Of a stretch of DNA of 64,000 nucleotides, positions 20,013 through 30,421 are shown piece by piece. The stretch's first letter is position 1, and the number at the start of each line of letters is the position of its first letter. Under the pieces are notes generated by a model that made no database searches, was not told the origin of the DNA, and worked only from the letters and a program-made list of their open reading frames with translations. The position numbers were made by a program, and so were the translations under genes. Source of the DNA: an uncultured virus (IMG/VR IMGVR_UViG_3300031625_000002) (lineage: Duplodnaviria > Heunggongvirae > Uroviricota > Caudoviricetes); IMG/VR virus record IMGVR_UViG_3300031625_000002, positions 1 through 64,000 of that record; one strand, 5' to 3'.

Positions 20013-20900
20013 ATGTTAGAAATGGCAGTTAGTTTACAGAGATCTGGAGATCTTGGAGATATAGGGAGCAAGGGGGAAACTGATTTGAAAAAAATTGGTG
20101 ATGTTCTTGTTATGAAGAAGTCTCCTGCGATTTGGTCTGAAATGGAAAGGAAATTCTTTTTAATAACTGTATTGAATGATCCGGTTTTAGAAATGGAAAT
20201 GGGGTCGAGGGAAGTTTGGTCATTGCCATTTATTAGACAAACACATACCATAATTGATGGTGAGGAAGATTTTAAGATAGAAGCAATATCCTCTTTTAGA
20301 GTGGATATCAATCTATTTACTGGGACGACAGGTCTGGACCCGTCAATTGCTGTTGCGGAACCAACCACTCCAAGTACAGGCCCAGAGTTATTATTGACAG
20401 ATCTTGTGGAGGATGATATTGATCCAAATGATAACGCGACAATACTCTTAGACTGCACTGGTAAAAAGTCTGAATTAAGCTGCCAGCTGTTACCTTCTTT
20501 GGATGTGGTTTCCAGAGCGGTTTTTAAGAAGGGGAATAAGGTTTGGAATCATGGTCATGAAATCCCCTCTGATTATGGAGTCATTTATGATGATATTAGC
20601 TTGGATGAGTTTGGTCCTGGAATATTAGATTTTCCAGGTGCATTAGAGATTGTTCAAGCAGGCCTTGGGTGGGCAAAGGGGAAGAATGTAAAACATGTTA
20701 TTTTGGGAATCGTACAAGATATTCCTGGAGTTATGACAAGTATGTTAAAGTATGGTTTGAGGCCACACAGGCCATTATTGGGAAAGACGACACAAGAGGT
20801 CCTTGATTTGGTTGATGCGAACTCAATAGAGTATGACGATATCCAAATTGACGTAGGCGGAACTATCATAAATCACAGTCTGGTCAGGAGAAACATATAA
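20013..20900 (+). CDS. hypothetical protein, paralog of 22175-22603
   Basis: Shared KK.GD....K..PA.W...E..FFLIT.L.DPVLE motif. Confidence 0.7.
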   Translation: MLEMAVSLQRSGDLGDIGSKGETDLKKIGDVLVMKKSPAIWSEMERKFFLITVLNDPVLEMEMGSREVWSLPFIRQTHTIIDGEEDFKIEAISSFRVDINLFTGTTGLDPSIAVAEPTTPSTGPELLLTDLVEDDIDPNDNATILLDCTGKKSELSCQLLPSLDVVSRAVFKKGNKVWNHGHEIPSDYGVIYDDISLDEFGPGILDFPGALEIVQAGLGWAKGKNVKHVILGIVQDIPGVMTSMLKYGLRPHRPLLGKTTQEVLDLVDANSIEYDDIQIDVGGTIINHSLVRRNI

Positions 20901-22153
20901 TGGCTGATTCAAACGTAGACATAACTGCGGGGTCTGGTATAAGTATAGATACCAGGACAGAAGCATCAAACGGTAATCATAGACAAGTAGTGTGTTTGGG
21001 AGATCCATCCACAAACGCTGGCGTGTGTCCAATTGATGCGACTAATGGCGTAGCTGTAGACGTTAAAGTATTGCCAGCGTCAACAAATACTATTGAGGTT
21101 GTCGGTGACGCTGCTGAAAATGCCGCCGCTGCTGGAAATCCACTCTTATCTGGCGGAAGGTATGATTCGAGTCCAAGAACATTGGGTGATGGCGACGTTG
21201 GAGCTATTGCACTGGATGCTGATGGTGCTATTCATATATCTGATGGTGGAAACTCTATTACAATAGACAATTCTGACATCACAACGATTGCCGGAGCCGT
21301 TTCTGGATCAGAAATGCAAGTGGATATCGTAGCTTCTTTACCCGCCGGAACAAATGCTATTGGAAAACTTTCTGCGAACTCAGGCGTTGATATTGGTGAT
21401 GTTGATATTCTTAGTGTTCCTGCACCATTAAATGTCGTAGGCTCAGGAACGGAAGCTGCCGCCCTAAGAGTTACAATGGCATCTGACTCAACTGGAGTTT
21501 TAAGTATTGACGATAACGGAGGTTCTATTACAATAGATGGCACCGTAACCGCAAACCTTTCAGCTACTGACAATGCGGTTCTTGATAACATTGATACTAA
21601 TGTTAGCACAATAGCAGGAGCCGTTTCAGGCACTGAAATGCAAGTCGATGTTATAACAATCCCCGGACTTTCCGGTGACGTGGCTCATGACAGTGCAGAC
21701 AGTGGAAATCCACTCAAGATTGGTGGTAAAGCTAAAAATCACGATGGAACAGCGCCAGGAACGGCGGTGGCTGAAGATGATCGAGTTGATTTTATAGCTG
21801 ATGTATATGGTAGACAATTTGTTGAATCCTCACATCCTAATAATTGGAGTATTGTTGACGATCAAAGTTCTGCTCAAACAAATACCGTATTAGTAGCCGC
21901 TCCAGGAGCAGGTCTTAGTTTATACATAACAGATATAATAGTGTCTAATGATTCTACTGCTGGGACAATCAAATTAGTAGAAAATACGGGAACTCCAGTT
22001 AGTGTAACAGGAGTCGTTTACATGGCTGGAAATGGCGGATTTGTAACCAACTTAAAAACACCGATCAAACTAACCGCAAACACTAATTTAGGGTATACAT
22101 CAGTGACTGTCGTCAATCACAGCGTTACAGTCACTGGATATATAGCCCCATAA
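20900..22153 (+). CDS. putative virion fibre protein with internal repeats
   Basis: Repeated TIAGAVSG.EMQVD and D.GGSITID; LPAGTNAIGKL. Confidence 0.7.
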   Translation: MADSNVDITAGSGISIDTRTEASNGNHRQVVCLGDPSTNAGVCPIDATNGVAVDVKVLPASTNTIEVVGDAAENAAAAGNPLLSGGRYDSSPRTLGDGDVGAIALDADGAIHISDGGNSITIDNSDITTIAGAVSGSEMQVDIVASLPAGTNAIGKLSANSGVDIGDVDILSVPAPLNVVGSGTEAAALRVTMASDSTGVLSIDDNGGSITIDGTVTANLSATDNAVLDNIDTNVSTIAGAVSGTEMQVDVITIPGLSGDVAHDSADSGNPLKIGGKAKNHDGTAPGTAVAEDDRVDFIADVYGRQFVESSHPNNWSIVDDQSSAQTNTVLVAAPGAGLSLYITDIIVSNDSTAGTIKLVENTGTPVSVTGVVYMAGNGGFVTNLKTPIKLTANTNLGYTSVTVVNHSVTVTGYIAP

Positions 22154-22174
22154 ATCAAATAGGAGATAATAATC

Positions 22175-22603
22175 ATGTTAGAAATATGCGCTTCATTAAG
22201 AAGATCACAAGGCGTTGGGGCCATTGCCGCCGCCGATAAAATAGAGAAAAAAGTAGGCGATATAATAGCCGTAAAAACTCAACCGGCAGTATGGGGTAGG
22301 GATGAAAAGAGATTTTTTCTTATCACGCTTTTAGACGATCCGGTCTTAGAGGCTGAGTTGACAAAGAGTGTTGTAAGTTACCCATATTGCATTTGCACAG
22401 AAGAAGATGATGGAAATGGGATGAGTAAAATGAAAATGATTAATAGATCAAAATATAAAATAGATCTTGACATGTTCATTGGGTCTCCAGGATTAGACCC
22501 GTCCAATATGTCAGAGCCGGTCCCGCCAACAGGTGGATCTATTAACCCAACACACCTCGTGATTGCGGATCTAATTTTAGACGAAACAGATAGAACAGCT
22601 TAA
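22175..22603 (+). CDS. hypothetical protein, paralog of the 20013-20900 N-terminal domain
   Basis: Sequence similarity visible by eye, RBS AGGAG. Confidence 0.7.
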   Translation: MLEICASLRRSQGVGAIAAADKIEKKVGDIIAVKTQPAVWGRDEKRFFLITLLDDPVLEAELTKSVVSYPYCICTEEDDGNGMSKMKMINRSKYKIDLDMFIGSPGLDPSNMSEPVPPTGGSINPTHLVIADLILDETDRTA

Positions 22604-22670
22604 CAATAATCACACTGAAAATACAACATAGAGAATTGGAGACATGATTATGAGATAGTAGAGAATACTT

Positions 22671-25600
22671 ATGCCCACAATTAAAACAATCAAGCCAGGT
22701 GGTGGTGGTGATTATACCACACTCCAAACCTGGGAAAGCTGGGCTGACGGCCAGGGGTCGGCGGATCAATGGGCCGAGTGTTATGATGGTGGAGATCTTG
22801 GCGAAGTAACTGTTCAATCTTGGACAGCAACTCCTTCGCCAACTTTATATCCAAGAATATATGTAGCCGAAGGCGAAGGCCATGATGGTACAGCCGCGAG
22901 TGGTGGTGCGTATATAAATCATGATGGCTCTCAGATGACTATGTCTGAGAATTACACTCGTGTTGAAGGCCTTAGAATAGTATCTTCAATAAATGGCCGT
23001 ACCATGAGTCTTGCCGGTGACGGTGGGCAAATTTTGGATGGCTGTTTAATAATCAATGATTATGGCTCTTCCGATTCGTGGTCTGATATTTATTGTTCTG
23101 GCGTTAGAACGATACCTGTAATCGTAAGAAACAACATTATCTATGGTAAAGATGCCACCCGTTTTGGAATATACTTTTATTCCAATGAGGCTTCCATTGA
23201 TCATTATTGCGAAATCTATAACAACACAGTAGATGGCTGTCATAATTATGGAATACAAGTAAGATCAGCTGGTGCAACAGGATGGACAGCTATTGTCGAA
23301 AACAATATCTGCACAACAAACTCTACTGACTTTAGATGGTTAGTTGGGGTTATTAATGTAACCGCGAATAATAACTGTTCTGATGATGCCACCGCTGATG
23401 ATCATGGTGGAACAGGAAATATAATAAATCAGACCCCGTCTGATATCTATGTTGATGAAGCTACCGACTTCAATCTTATAGAAGGGTCTCCTTGTAGAAA
23501 AACAGGTAAAGATCTAAGCGCCGATTTCACATTAGATGGTATTGACAACACTCATGGTGGTGTTGAGGGCACATGGGACATGGGTGCCCTTGCTAAAGAC
23601 GGTAATATCAAAACCATCAAACCCGCTGGTGGCGGGGATTACACTACCCTCCAGACTTGGGAAGATTTTGCAGACGATCAGACCGATGCGGATCAATGGG
23701 CAGAGTGTTATGACGGTGGGGATCTCGGAGAGGTAGTGTTTTCCGCCTGGACCGCCACAGAAGATGATGTATTCTACCCAAGAATATATACCCCAATAGC
23801 AGAGAGGCACATTGGCCAAGACGATGGCATAGCTGGTGCTGGTACTGGTGCATATATTGACAATAGCTCGGCGACCGCCAATGCTATTGATAACGCTACC
23901 GTAAAATATCTCAGTATTGAAGGTTTGAGGATTGAAAAATCTGGAAGCACAGGTGAAAACGTTGATGTAATATCTTTTGATGGTGGAGATACGGGTGAAG
24001 GTTGTGTTGTTGACAGCAACCTTATTCTCTGGAGAAACACTGTAAGTGGAACAGCGAGTTTGATCGCTATCTCAGCAGCAGCTGCGAGTGGTGACAAAGC
24101 GACGATTCAGAATAACATTTGTGTTTGCGAAACGGTCACGGAGAATTGTGATTACGGAATAAACTTTAGCAATGCCAACATAGATGTTGATGTTTACAAC
24201 AACACTGTTGTGAAAGCCGATCTATATGGAATATTAATAGATCATGATAGTGGTGCAAAAACTTCTATTACAGAAAACAACGCAGTGTTTGGATCGGGAA
24301 CATTGGATATTGATTGGGTCAATGGTGGGTCTGCAACCAAGACAAGCAATAACAATATCACGGGTGATGCCTCAGCAGATGACGAAAGTGGAACTGGTCA
24401 TTTAATAAGCAAGACAGCTACTGATCAGTTTGTTGATTATGATGACAATTGGAACTTAAAATATACAGCTGACGCTTTTGATGCTGGTAAAACAATATCA
24501 GCATTTGATTGGGACGCTCTTCATCTTGATAGTGATGATTGGCGTCCGAGGCCATTTGGTGGGGCATGGGACATGGGAGCTATGGAAGCCTCATCTTGCT
24601 CATCCTCATCCTCATCTTCCTCTTGCTCATCCTCATGTAGCTCTTCATCTTCCTCTGGAGTTTTCACCCCAGAAATTAAAACTGTAAAGCCTGATGGCGG
24701 TGGTGATTATACCACCTTGGCGCTTTGGGAAGACTATGCAGATGGACAAGCAAGCGCCCATCAATGGGCAGAGTGTTACGATGGTGTGGCAGATTTGGGA
24801 CAGGTTGCTATTTTATCCTGGACAGCGACATCAACAGCTTCTCAATACCCAAAGATTTACACTCCATTGGCAGAGAGACATGATGGAACAATAAATAGTT
24901 CTGGAGCTTGGATCGACCTTGATGCCTATGTTGACGGCGTTGCTATTTATGAAGAGTATACGAGAGTTGAGGGGATAAGATTCCATGGCGCGATAAATTC
25001 CACTGAGGGGATTTATTCTACAGTCGGCGGATGTAGATTTGATAGTAATCTGTTTTATAGCCCATTACAGAATTATGCCGCTGCTATATATATGAGTGGA
25101 TATAATGTCACCTACGTTGGGACAACATATATTAGAAACAATTTAATTTATTCAGAATTTAATGATGGGATTTGGATAACTTTACAATCCACATCAGGAA
25201 GCCATACTCATGAAGTTGTCATTCAAAACAACACTATTGATGGCTCTACAAATTATGGTATTTATGTCGCGGAGATAAATAGTGGCGGAGGCCCCGAAAT
25301 AACTCTTACCATTGAAAATAACATTGCCACAACATCAGGCATTAGTGATTTTGTAACGACGATTACAACTGGAACACTCAATGCGAATAATAACCTTAGT
25401 GAAGACGCAACAGCAGATGATGATGGTGGCTCTGACCACTTAATAAGTCAGAGCACAACTGGTCTTTATAAGATATTAGGTGTAGACCATAGATTGAGAC
25501 CTGGTGGGGAAATCCCGAAGTCACCATCAGTTGCCATTGATGCTGGTAAAACAATATCAGCGTTTGATCATGACGCCTTGCATTTAGCCGCAGATGATTG

Positions 25601-26759
25601 GAGGCCACAAGGTGCATCCTGGGACATGGGTGCTTTAGAAGTTGTGATAGGTTCGTCTTCATGCTCATGCTCCTCATCTTCATGTTCATGCTCATCTTGT
25701 TCTTCATCTAATAATGGAACGCCAACTATAAAGACCATAAAGCCTGATGGCGGAGGAGATTATACTACTCTGGCTCTTTGGGAAGACTATGCAGATGGAC
25801 AGAGTTTTGCAGATCAATGGGCTGAGTGTTACGATGGTGTGGCAGACTTGGGAACGGTTCTTTTATCTAGCTGGGCATCAACTCCAACGGTAGATAGATA
25901 CCCAAGAATTTATACGCCATTAGCTGAAAGGCATGATGGTATACATGATGGTCCGGGAGCTTGGATTGATCATACTTCTGGCAATGCAATTAATATAAGC
26001 ACTGGCCTCGATTATTTTCGAGTTGAAGGAATTAGGATCGCAATGAATGGCGGCTCTATCGCGATCCTCATTGTGGCAGATAATGTAACTATTGACAGTT
26101 GTTTTGTTGATAGTGATGCGTCTACAGGGTACGGATATGGAATATATTCTTACAATAGTGTTGGAACCAGGACGATAAATATTATAAATAATATATTCTT
26201 TGGCCCAAGATTTTACTATGGTTGGTACATTATTTCTAATGCTTTTTCTGGTACAGTCACCACTAATTTAAACTGCTATAATAATACCATAGATGGCTCC
26301 AATGGATATGGCACATATCTTTATGAAAGAAGTTTTTATAGTGGGACGAGTTATCTAAATATTGAAATAGAAAACAACATCATAACCAATTCACCGACAG
26401 CCGACTTCTATCTTAATGTTACAAATGGAACAATAAATTCAAACAACAATATCAGTGAAGATGTAACAGCAGATGATCAGGGCGGTACTGATAATCTAAT
26501 CAGTCAAACACCATCTGATATATTTGTAGCCGAAGGAACTAACCATAGATTAAAAGCTGGTGGTCCAGCTATTGACGCCGGTAAGACAATAGGAACATTT
26601 GATTGGGATGCATTCCACGTCGATGCCGATGATTACAGACCAGCCGGTGGAACTTGGGATATGGGTGCCATAGAGTCCTCATCTTCATCGTCATCCTCAT
26701 CTTCAGATGCTGGCGGTGTTGTCACTGGATATCTTAACTGCATGTCTAAAATGTGGTAG
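22671..26759 (+). CDS. four-unit beta-helix repeat protein with Ser/Cys linkers (putative receptor-binding protein or depolymerase)
   Basis: Four cap+beta-helix units starting ~22671, 23604, 24672, 25722, each ending WDMGA. Confidence 0.8.
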   Translation: MPTIKTIKPGGGGDYTTLQTWESWADGQGSADQWAECYDGGDLGEVTVQSWTATPSPTLYPRIYVAEGEGHDGTAASGGAYINHDGSQMTMSENYTRVEGLRIVSSINGRTMSLAGDGGQILDGCLIINDYGSSDSWSDIYCSGVRTIPVIVRNNIIYGKDATRFGIYFYSNEASIDHYCEIYNNTVDGCHNYGIQVRSAGATGWTAIVENNICTTNSTDFRWLVGVINVTANNNCSDDATADDHGGTGNIINQTPSDIYVDEATDFNLIEGSPCRKTGKDLSADFTLDGIDNTHGGVEGTWDMGALAKDGNIKTIKPAGGGDYTTLQTWEDFADDQTDADQWAECYDGGDLGEVVFSAWTATEDDVFYPRIYTPIAERHIGQDDGIAGAGTGAYIDNSSATANAIDNATVKYLSIEGLRIEKSGSTGENVDVISFDGGDTGEGCVVDSNLILWRNTVSGTASLIAISAAAASGDKATIQNNICVCETVTENCDYGINFSNANIDVDVYNNTVVKADLYGILIDHDSGAKTSITENNAVFGSGTLDIDWVNGGSATKTSNNNITGDASADDESGTGHLISKTATDQFVDYDDNWNLKYTADAFDAGKTISAFDWDALHLDSDDWRPRPFGGAWDMGAMEASSCSSSSSSSSCSSSCSSSSSSGVFTPEIKTVKPDGGGDYTTLALWEDYADGQASAHQWAECYDGVADLGQVAILSWTATSTASQYPKIYTPLAERHDGTINSSGAWIDLDAYVDGVAIYEEYTRVEGIRFHGAINSTEGIYSTVGGCRFDSNLFYSPLQNYAAAIYMSGYNVTYVGTTYIRNNLIYSEFNDGIWITLQSTSGSHTHEVVIQNNTIDGSTNYGIYVAEINSGGGPEITLTIENNIATTSGISDFVTTITTGTLNANNNLSEDATADDDGGSDHLISQSTTGLYKILGVDHRLRPGGEIPKSPSVAIDAGKTISAFDHDALHLAADDWRPQGASWDMGALEVVIGSSSCSCSSSSCSCSSCSSSNNGTPTIKTIKPDGGGDYTTLALWEDYADGQSFADQWAECYDGVADLGTVLLSSWASTPTVDRYPRIYTPLAERHDGIHDGPGAWIDHTSGNAINISTGLDYFRVEGIRIAMNGGSIAILIVADNVTIDSCFVDSDASTGYGYGIYSYNSVGTRTINIINNIFFGPRFYYGWYIISNAFSGTVTTNLNCYNNTIDGSNGYGTYLYERSFYSGTSYLNIEIENNIITNSPTADFYLNVTNGTINSNNNISEDVTADDQGGTDNLISQTPSDIFVAEGTNHRLKAGGPAIDAGKTIGTFDWDAFHVDADDYRPAGGTWDMGAIESSSSSSSSSSDAGGVVTGYLNCMSKMW

Positions 26760-26843
26760 TGGTGTGAATTAACTCACCACAAAAATATTCTCAAACCCCT
26801 TGAATAACGCAGATTATGTGTTATATTTTTTGTTGTTGTCCAT

Positions 26844-27257
26844 TTGAAATGGAAGTGTAACGTTCCGAGAGAGACTTTTGAGATTCAATTCGGAGATATC
26901 AATCTTGAAGTTTTTAGAACGAATCACATCCCTGACTCATCTGTCGATTGGACAACAGCTTTCGCGATCTATGGCGTATTGATTAATGGAAGAGTTTTGC
27001 ATCCAGTGGATACACAATTTAATCCTAATTTAATTAATTATTACTATAACAACTATAATATTGAACATATTTTTCACGACGTTCAATTTTTTCCAGGAGC
27101 GGTTCATGCCCCTCTTGAAGATTTGAAGACGTTGCCAGATGACATTAAAGCAAAGATGTCACTTGTTCATTATTCTGATAATTATGAGGAACAAGACATC
27201 ACTGGATTTTACGGATGGACCAAGCAAGGAGTTAGCTACGTGTTTGAGAAGGATTAG
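26844..27257 (+). pseudogene. C-terminal part of an MBL-fold metallohydrolase
   Basis: RTNHIP, DTQF, IFHDVQ, VHA, LVHYSD; HxHxDH N-terminus missing. Confidence 0.6.
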
Positions 27258-28459
27258 CCTCTGGTTAATTCTTCCACTTCACCCTTAAGATCTTCTTTGG
27301 TAACAGACATGTCGCATGCAAGCCACATGTCAATGAAATCACTTTCGGCATAATTGTATGAGACATATCCATATCCGTCATTACCCCAACGGGAGCCCCA
27401 TGAGTTCTTGAACTTGAATAGTTTCTTTTTCTCGTCGTATCCAACGACACAAACTGCATGGCCACCAATTGATTTCTCACCAGGATTCCTATCTGGGACA
27501 ATTCCATCCCTGTTAGTATAGAAAATTCCATAATAGACGCGCATTCCAATAATTACTGGTCCGCATTCTTTTAAGGCGATCTTTAAGTCATCAATATTGG
27601 CGATTCTTTCATAAGACTTGATTCTTCCCCATCTAGCAATCAAGTGAGCCCATGACTCTGGCTCACCGACTTCAACATCGCTGTATGGCCACGCTTCTTC
27701 AGTTGGGACTCCAATCTTGCTTAATACTTTCATAGCGACTCTAATAGACGTTCCTTCACTATTAGGCCATCTATCAATTTTCTTGCAGTTGTAATAAATC
27801 CATTGTTCAGAAAGATCGTAATGGGTTTTCTCTCTTTGATCCCTTTTACCGGCGGCGACTTCATCAACGTGCTCTTTTTGCTCTTGCCATTCTTTCATGG
27901 ATGCCGCCGCGAATGCTACACAGCTACCGAGTTTTCCTTGAGACTTGACTGGTGACATTTCATTCTCGTAATCATATCCGTTAATATTTTGGCTGGTTCC
28001 GAATTCGAATACATAATCTCTATCATCCTTTTCATCAAATTGAAGGTTCAAAGGAAAGTCCATGTTTAATTCCATTGGAGCATCGGAGCTTGAATAGCTG
28101 CTGCTTGAATAGCTAACCCAACTTGAACATGAAGATGAAGAGGATGATTCGACAAATTCATCTGGTGGGTTATCAGAGTCTTCTTTATATCTTGCGATTC
28201 TCCATAATTTATCTGCTGTTATTTGGGTATCTACATAACCCATTCCGCCCTGTGCAAGAAGAGCGACAATTGCCTCTTTCCATAATTGCGCCTCAGCATT
28301 AGATATTAGTATCCCACCAATATTAAGCATTTCATAATTGAACACTATCTTACCCTCATCCTCAAGATTTTGGATCACCAGAAGGATCTCTTCGTCAGTA
28401 GCGGCCTGATCGACTGTTGTGTTCTCATCGGCTAACAAGGCCATTGTGTCAAGTATCAT
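27254..28459 (-). CDS. papain-like C1A cysteine peptidase with N-terminal domain and Ser/Cys linker
   Basis: QGKLGSCVAFA, LSEQWIY, GGHAVCVVGY, KNSWG. Confidence 0.93.
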   Translation of the reverse strand: MILDTMALLADENTTVDQAATDEEILLVIQNLEDEGKIVFNYEMLNIGGILISNAEAQLWKEAIVALLAQGGMGYVDTQITADKLWRIARYKEDSDNPPDEFVESSSSSSCSSWVSYSSSSYSSSDAPMELNMDFPLNLQFDEKDDRDYVFEFGTSQNINGYDYENEMSPVKSQGKLGSCVAFAAASMKEWQEQKEHVDEVAAGKRDQREKTHYDLSEQWIYYNCKKIDRWPNSEGTSIRVAMKVLSKIGVPTEEAWPYSDVEVGEPESWAHLIARWGRIKSYERIANIDDLKIALKECGPVIIGMRVYYGIFYTNRDGIVPDRNPGEKSIGGHAVCVVGYDEKKKLFKFKNSWGSRWGNDGYGYVSYNYAESDFIDMWLACDMSVTKEDLKGEVEELTRG

Positions 28460-28783
28460 GATTTTACCAATTGATATATTGAAATTAATGCATATTCTTT
28501 ATTTCTTGATAATTTCCGATTTATCCTATGTCAGAGGTTGAAAAACTCGTGGTATCATGTATATTGTGGGGTATGTACTACACGACTTATAAAAACTAAT
28601 TTAGGAGAGCATTATGCCAGAACAAGCGGAGTTCGATTTCGGTGAGGCCAGGTATAGGATTGTTGGAGTAGTTCTAAAAAAGAACGACAAGACAATGTAT
28701 GTCGAAGCCACATTGCCAGAAGATTTTGGCGGCAAGACAGTCAAGATGAAGAGGCATATCGTTAAGCATAACGTTGTCATTGT

Positions 28784-29227
28784 ATGAACTTGTATGAGAT
28801 CCATGACTACTGTGAAGAGCCATGGTCAAATAAAGTGCGTTCTTACTGGAAATTCATAAGTGGAGAAGTTTGCCATGTCCTGACCGGGAAAACATATGGT
28901 AAAATATTTCTGCTACCATTGAAGCTTGATGGTGTCACTCATCATGGGCTACTATTTGAAAGACCAATAATTTTGCCAAAAGAGAGAAATATACTTTGGC
29001 ATGAAAGGGGCCATGTCGTTGTTGGAAAGCAAGTTAGCTCGACTATGGATGAGTATTTCGCCGATGAATGGGCGATCAATGAGTGTCTTGAGAGAGGTTT
29101 TAATTTGATTGCTAAAGAAATAATATTGCGCTGTAAACACTGGTTATCAGTTGATAATCTACCCGTAGAATATAAAGATTCTGGAAGAATGATCGTTAAA
29201 AAATTCTCACAATATTTGACTGTATGA
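28784..29227 (+). CDS. ImmA/IrrE-like HExxH protein
   Basis: LWHERGH...EYFADEWA. Confidence 0.6.
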   Translation: MNLYEIHDYCEEPWSNKVRSYWKFISGEVCHVLTGKTYGKIFLLPLKLDGVTHHGLLFERPIILPKERNILWHERGHVVVGKQVSSTMDEYFADEWAINECLERGFNLIAKEIILRCKHWLSVDNLPVEYKDSGRMIVKKFSQYLTV

Positions 29228-29285
29228 AAAATGCATGTATAGTATGTTGTCCAAAGAACTAAATACTTAAAACACGGTTAATACT

Positions 29286-29915
29286 ATGACCAAGAAACCT
29301 TTATCCAGCAGAAGATGTCTCGTCCTTAACGCTTCATGGTTTCCTATAGCCATCGAGCCTCTTGTGAGATCTTTTCGTAAAATCATAAATGGCCACGCCT
29401 CAATTATTTATGAAGAAGAGTATGAAGGCAGTGCCTACTACCAGAACTTTTCTTTCGACGAATGGTTGGTTAAAGGTGTGGGTCCAGACAAGCCCTTCAC
29501 CAGCACCAGACACTTAGATATTGAGCTTCCAGAAATCATTCAGAAGCCATATAGCAAGTTTCACGTGCAAAAGCTTCCTTTGCGGGCGAAAAATATTTTT
29601 GCCAGAGATGGATGGAAATGTTGGTATTGTGGAGAGAGAGGTAATCTCACCATGGACCACATTTATCCTAAAAGCAAAGGCGGGAAGGGCGGATGGAAGA
29701 ATCTTATCGCTGCATGTAAGCCATGCAACAATAAGAAGGGAGATATTTTTGCCGAGGAATTCTGCAAGTCAATAGACTGCCCTGTTCCCACACCAATTAA
29801 TGCGTCATCCTATCCTTGGCTCAAAGATCTTGGAAAGAGCTATCCAAAATCCTGGGACAAATGGTTGACGGATCACGGAATAGGTCTCAACACCCATAGT
29901 GGAGATAAAAAATGA
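29286..29915 (+). CDS. HNH endonuclease
   Basis: CLVLNAS, IFARDGWKCWYCG, TMDHIYPKSKGG, CKPCNNKK. Confidence 0.92.
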   Translation: MTKKPLSSRRCLVLNASWFPIAIEPLVRSFRKIINGHASIIYEEEYEGSAYYQNFSFDEWLVKGVGPDKPFTSTRHLDIELPEIIQKPYSKFHVQKLPLRAKNIFARDGWKCWYCGERGNLTMDHIYPKSKGGKGGWKNLIAACKPCNNKKGDIFAEEFCKSIDCPVPTPINASSYPWLKDLGKSYPKSWDKWLTDHGIGLNTHSGDKK

Positions 29916-30421
29916 CTTGCAATGATTGTAGGAATGAAATAAACGAACACCCCTTCCATATATTGAAATGTATAGTTGGGAATCTATTGGGGGATTTATT
30001 CTTGTGTCCCGGATGTTTTTTCATAAGAACCGCCGGTGAGGCAGAAATCATTGGATCTATGGGCGATGACATCATTGTATACAATGAGGGTATGAGCGCT
30101 ATCGCGAAAGAGTTTTACGAGGTGCCATGCCCGAATTGTAGCACCAGCCTTAATGATATTAACACTAACGGTCTCTTCGGGTGTGAAGAATGTTATGTTA
30201 ATTTTTGTGAAATGATAAACATTGCAGAAGCGAAGGGCTGTCAAAAGATTAAAAAAGACAAGCCCAAGAACATTGATAACAATTTTGAGGGCAACAAGGA
30301 TGAGGCCCGCAAAAGGGTCTTGAAACAACAGCTTAAGCAGGCTGAAGAAAAAGAAAATTATGAGAAGTGCGCCGAGATAAGAGACGAATTAGCAAAAATT
30401 GATCAAGAGGGAAAACAATGA
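29912..30421 (+). CDS. mcsA: McsA-like protein (CXXC x4 plus UVR domain)
   Basis: CNDC, CPGC, CPNC, GCEECY, LKQAEEKENYEKCAEIRDEL. Confidence 0.8.
   Translation: MTCNDCRNEINEHPFHILKCIVGNLLGDLFLCPGCFFIRTAGEAEIIGSMGDDIIVYNEGMSAIAKEFYEVPCPNCSTSLNDINTNGLFGCEECYVNFCEMINIAEAKGCQKIKKDKPKNIDNNFEGNKDEARKRVLKQQLKQAEEKENYEKCAEIRDELAKIDQEGKQ

Noticed and set aside
18892..26759. Diversity-generating retroelement TR/VR pair
   Set aside because: Repeats are all coding, differences are not adenine-specific, and no reverse transcriptase is in the window
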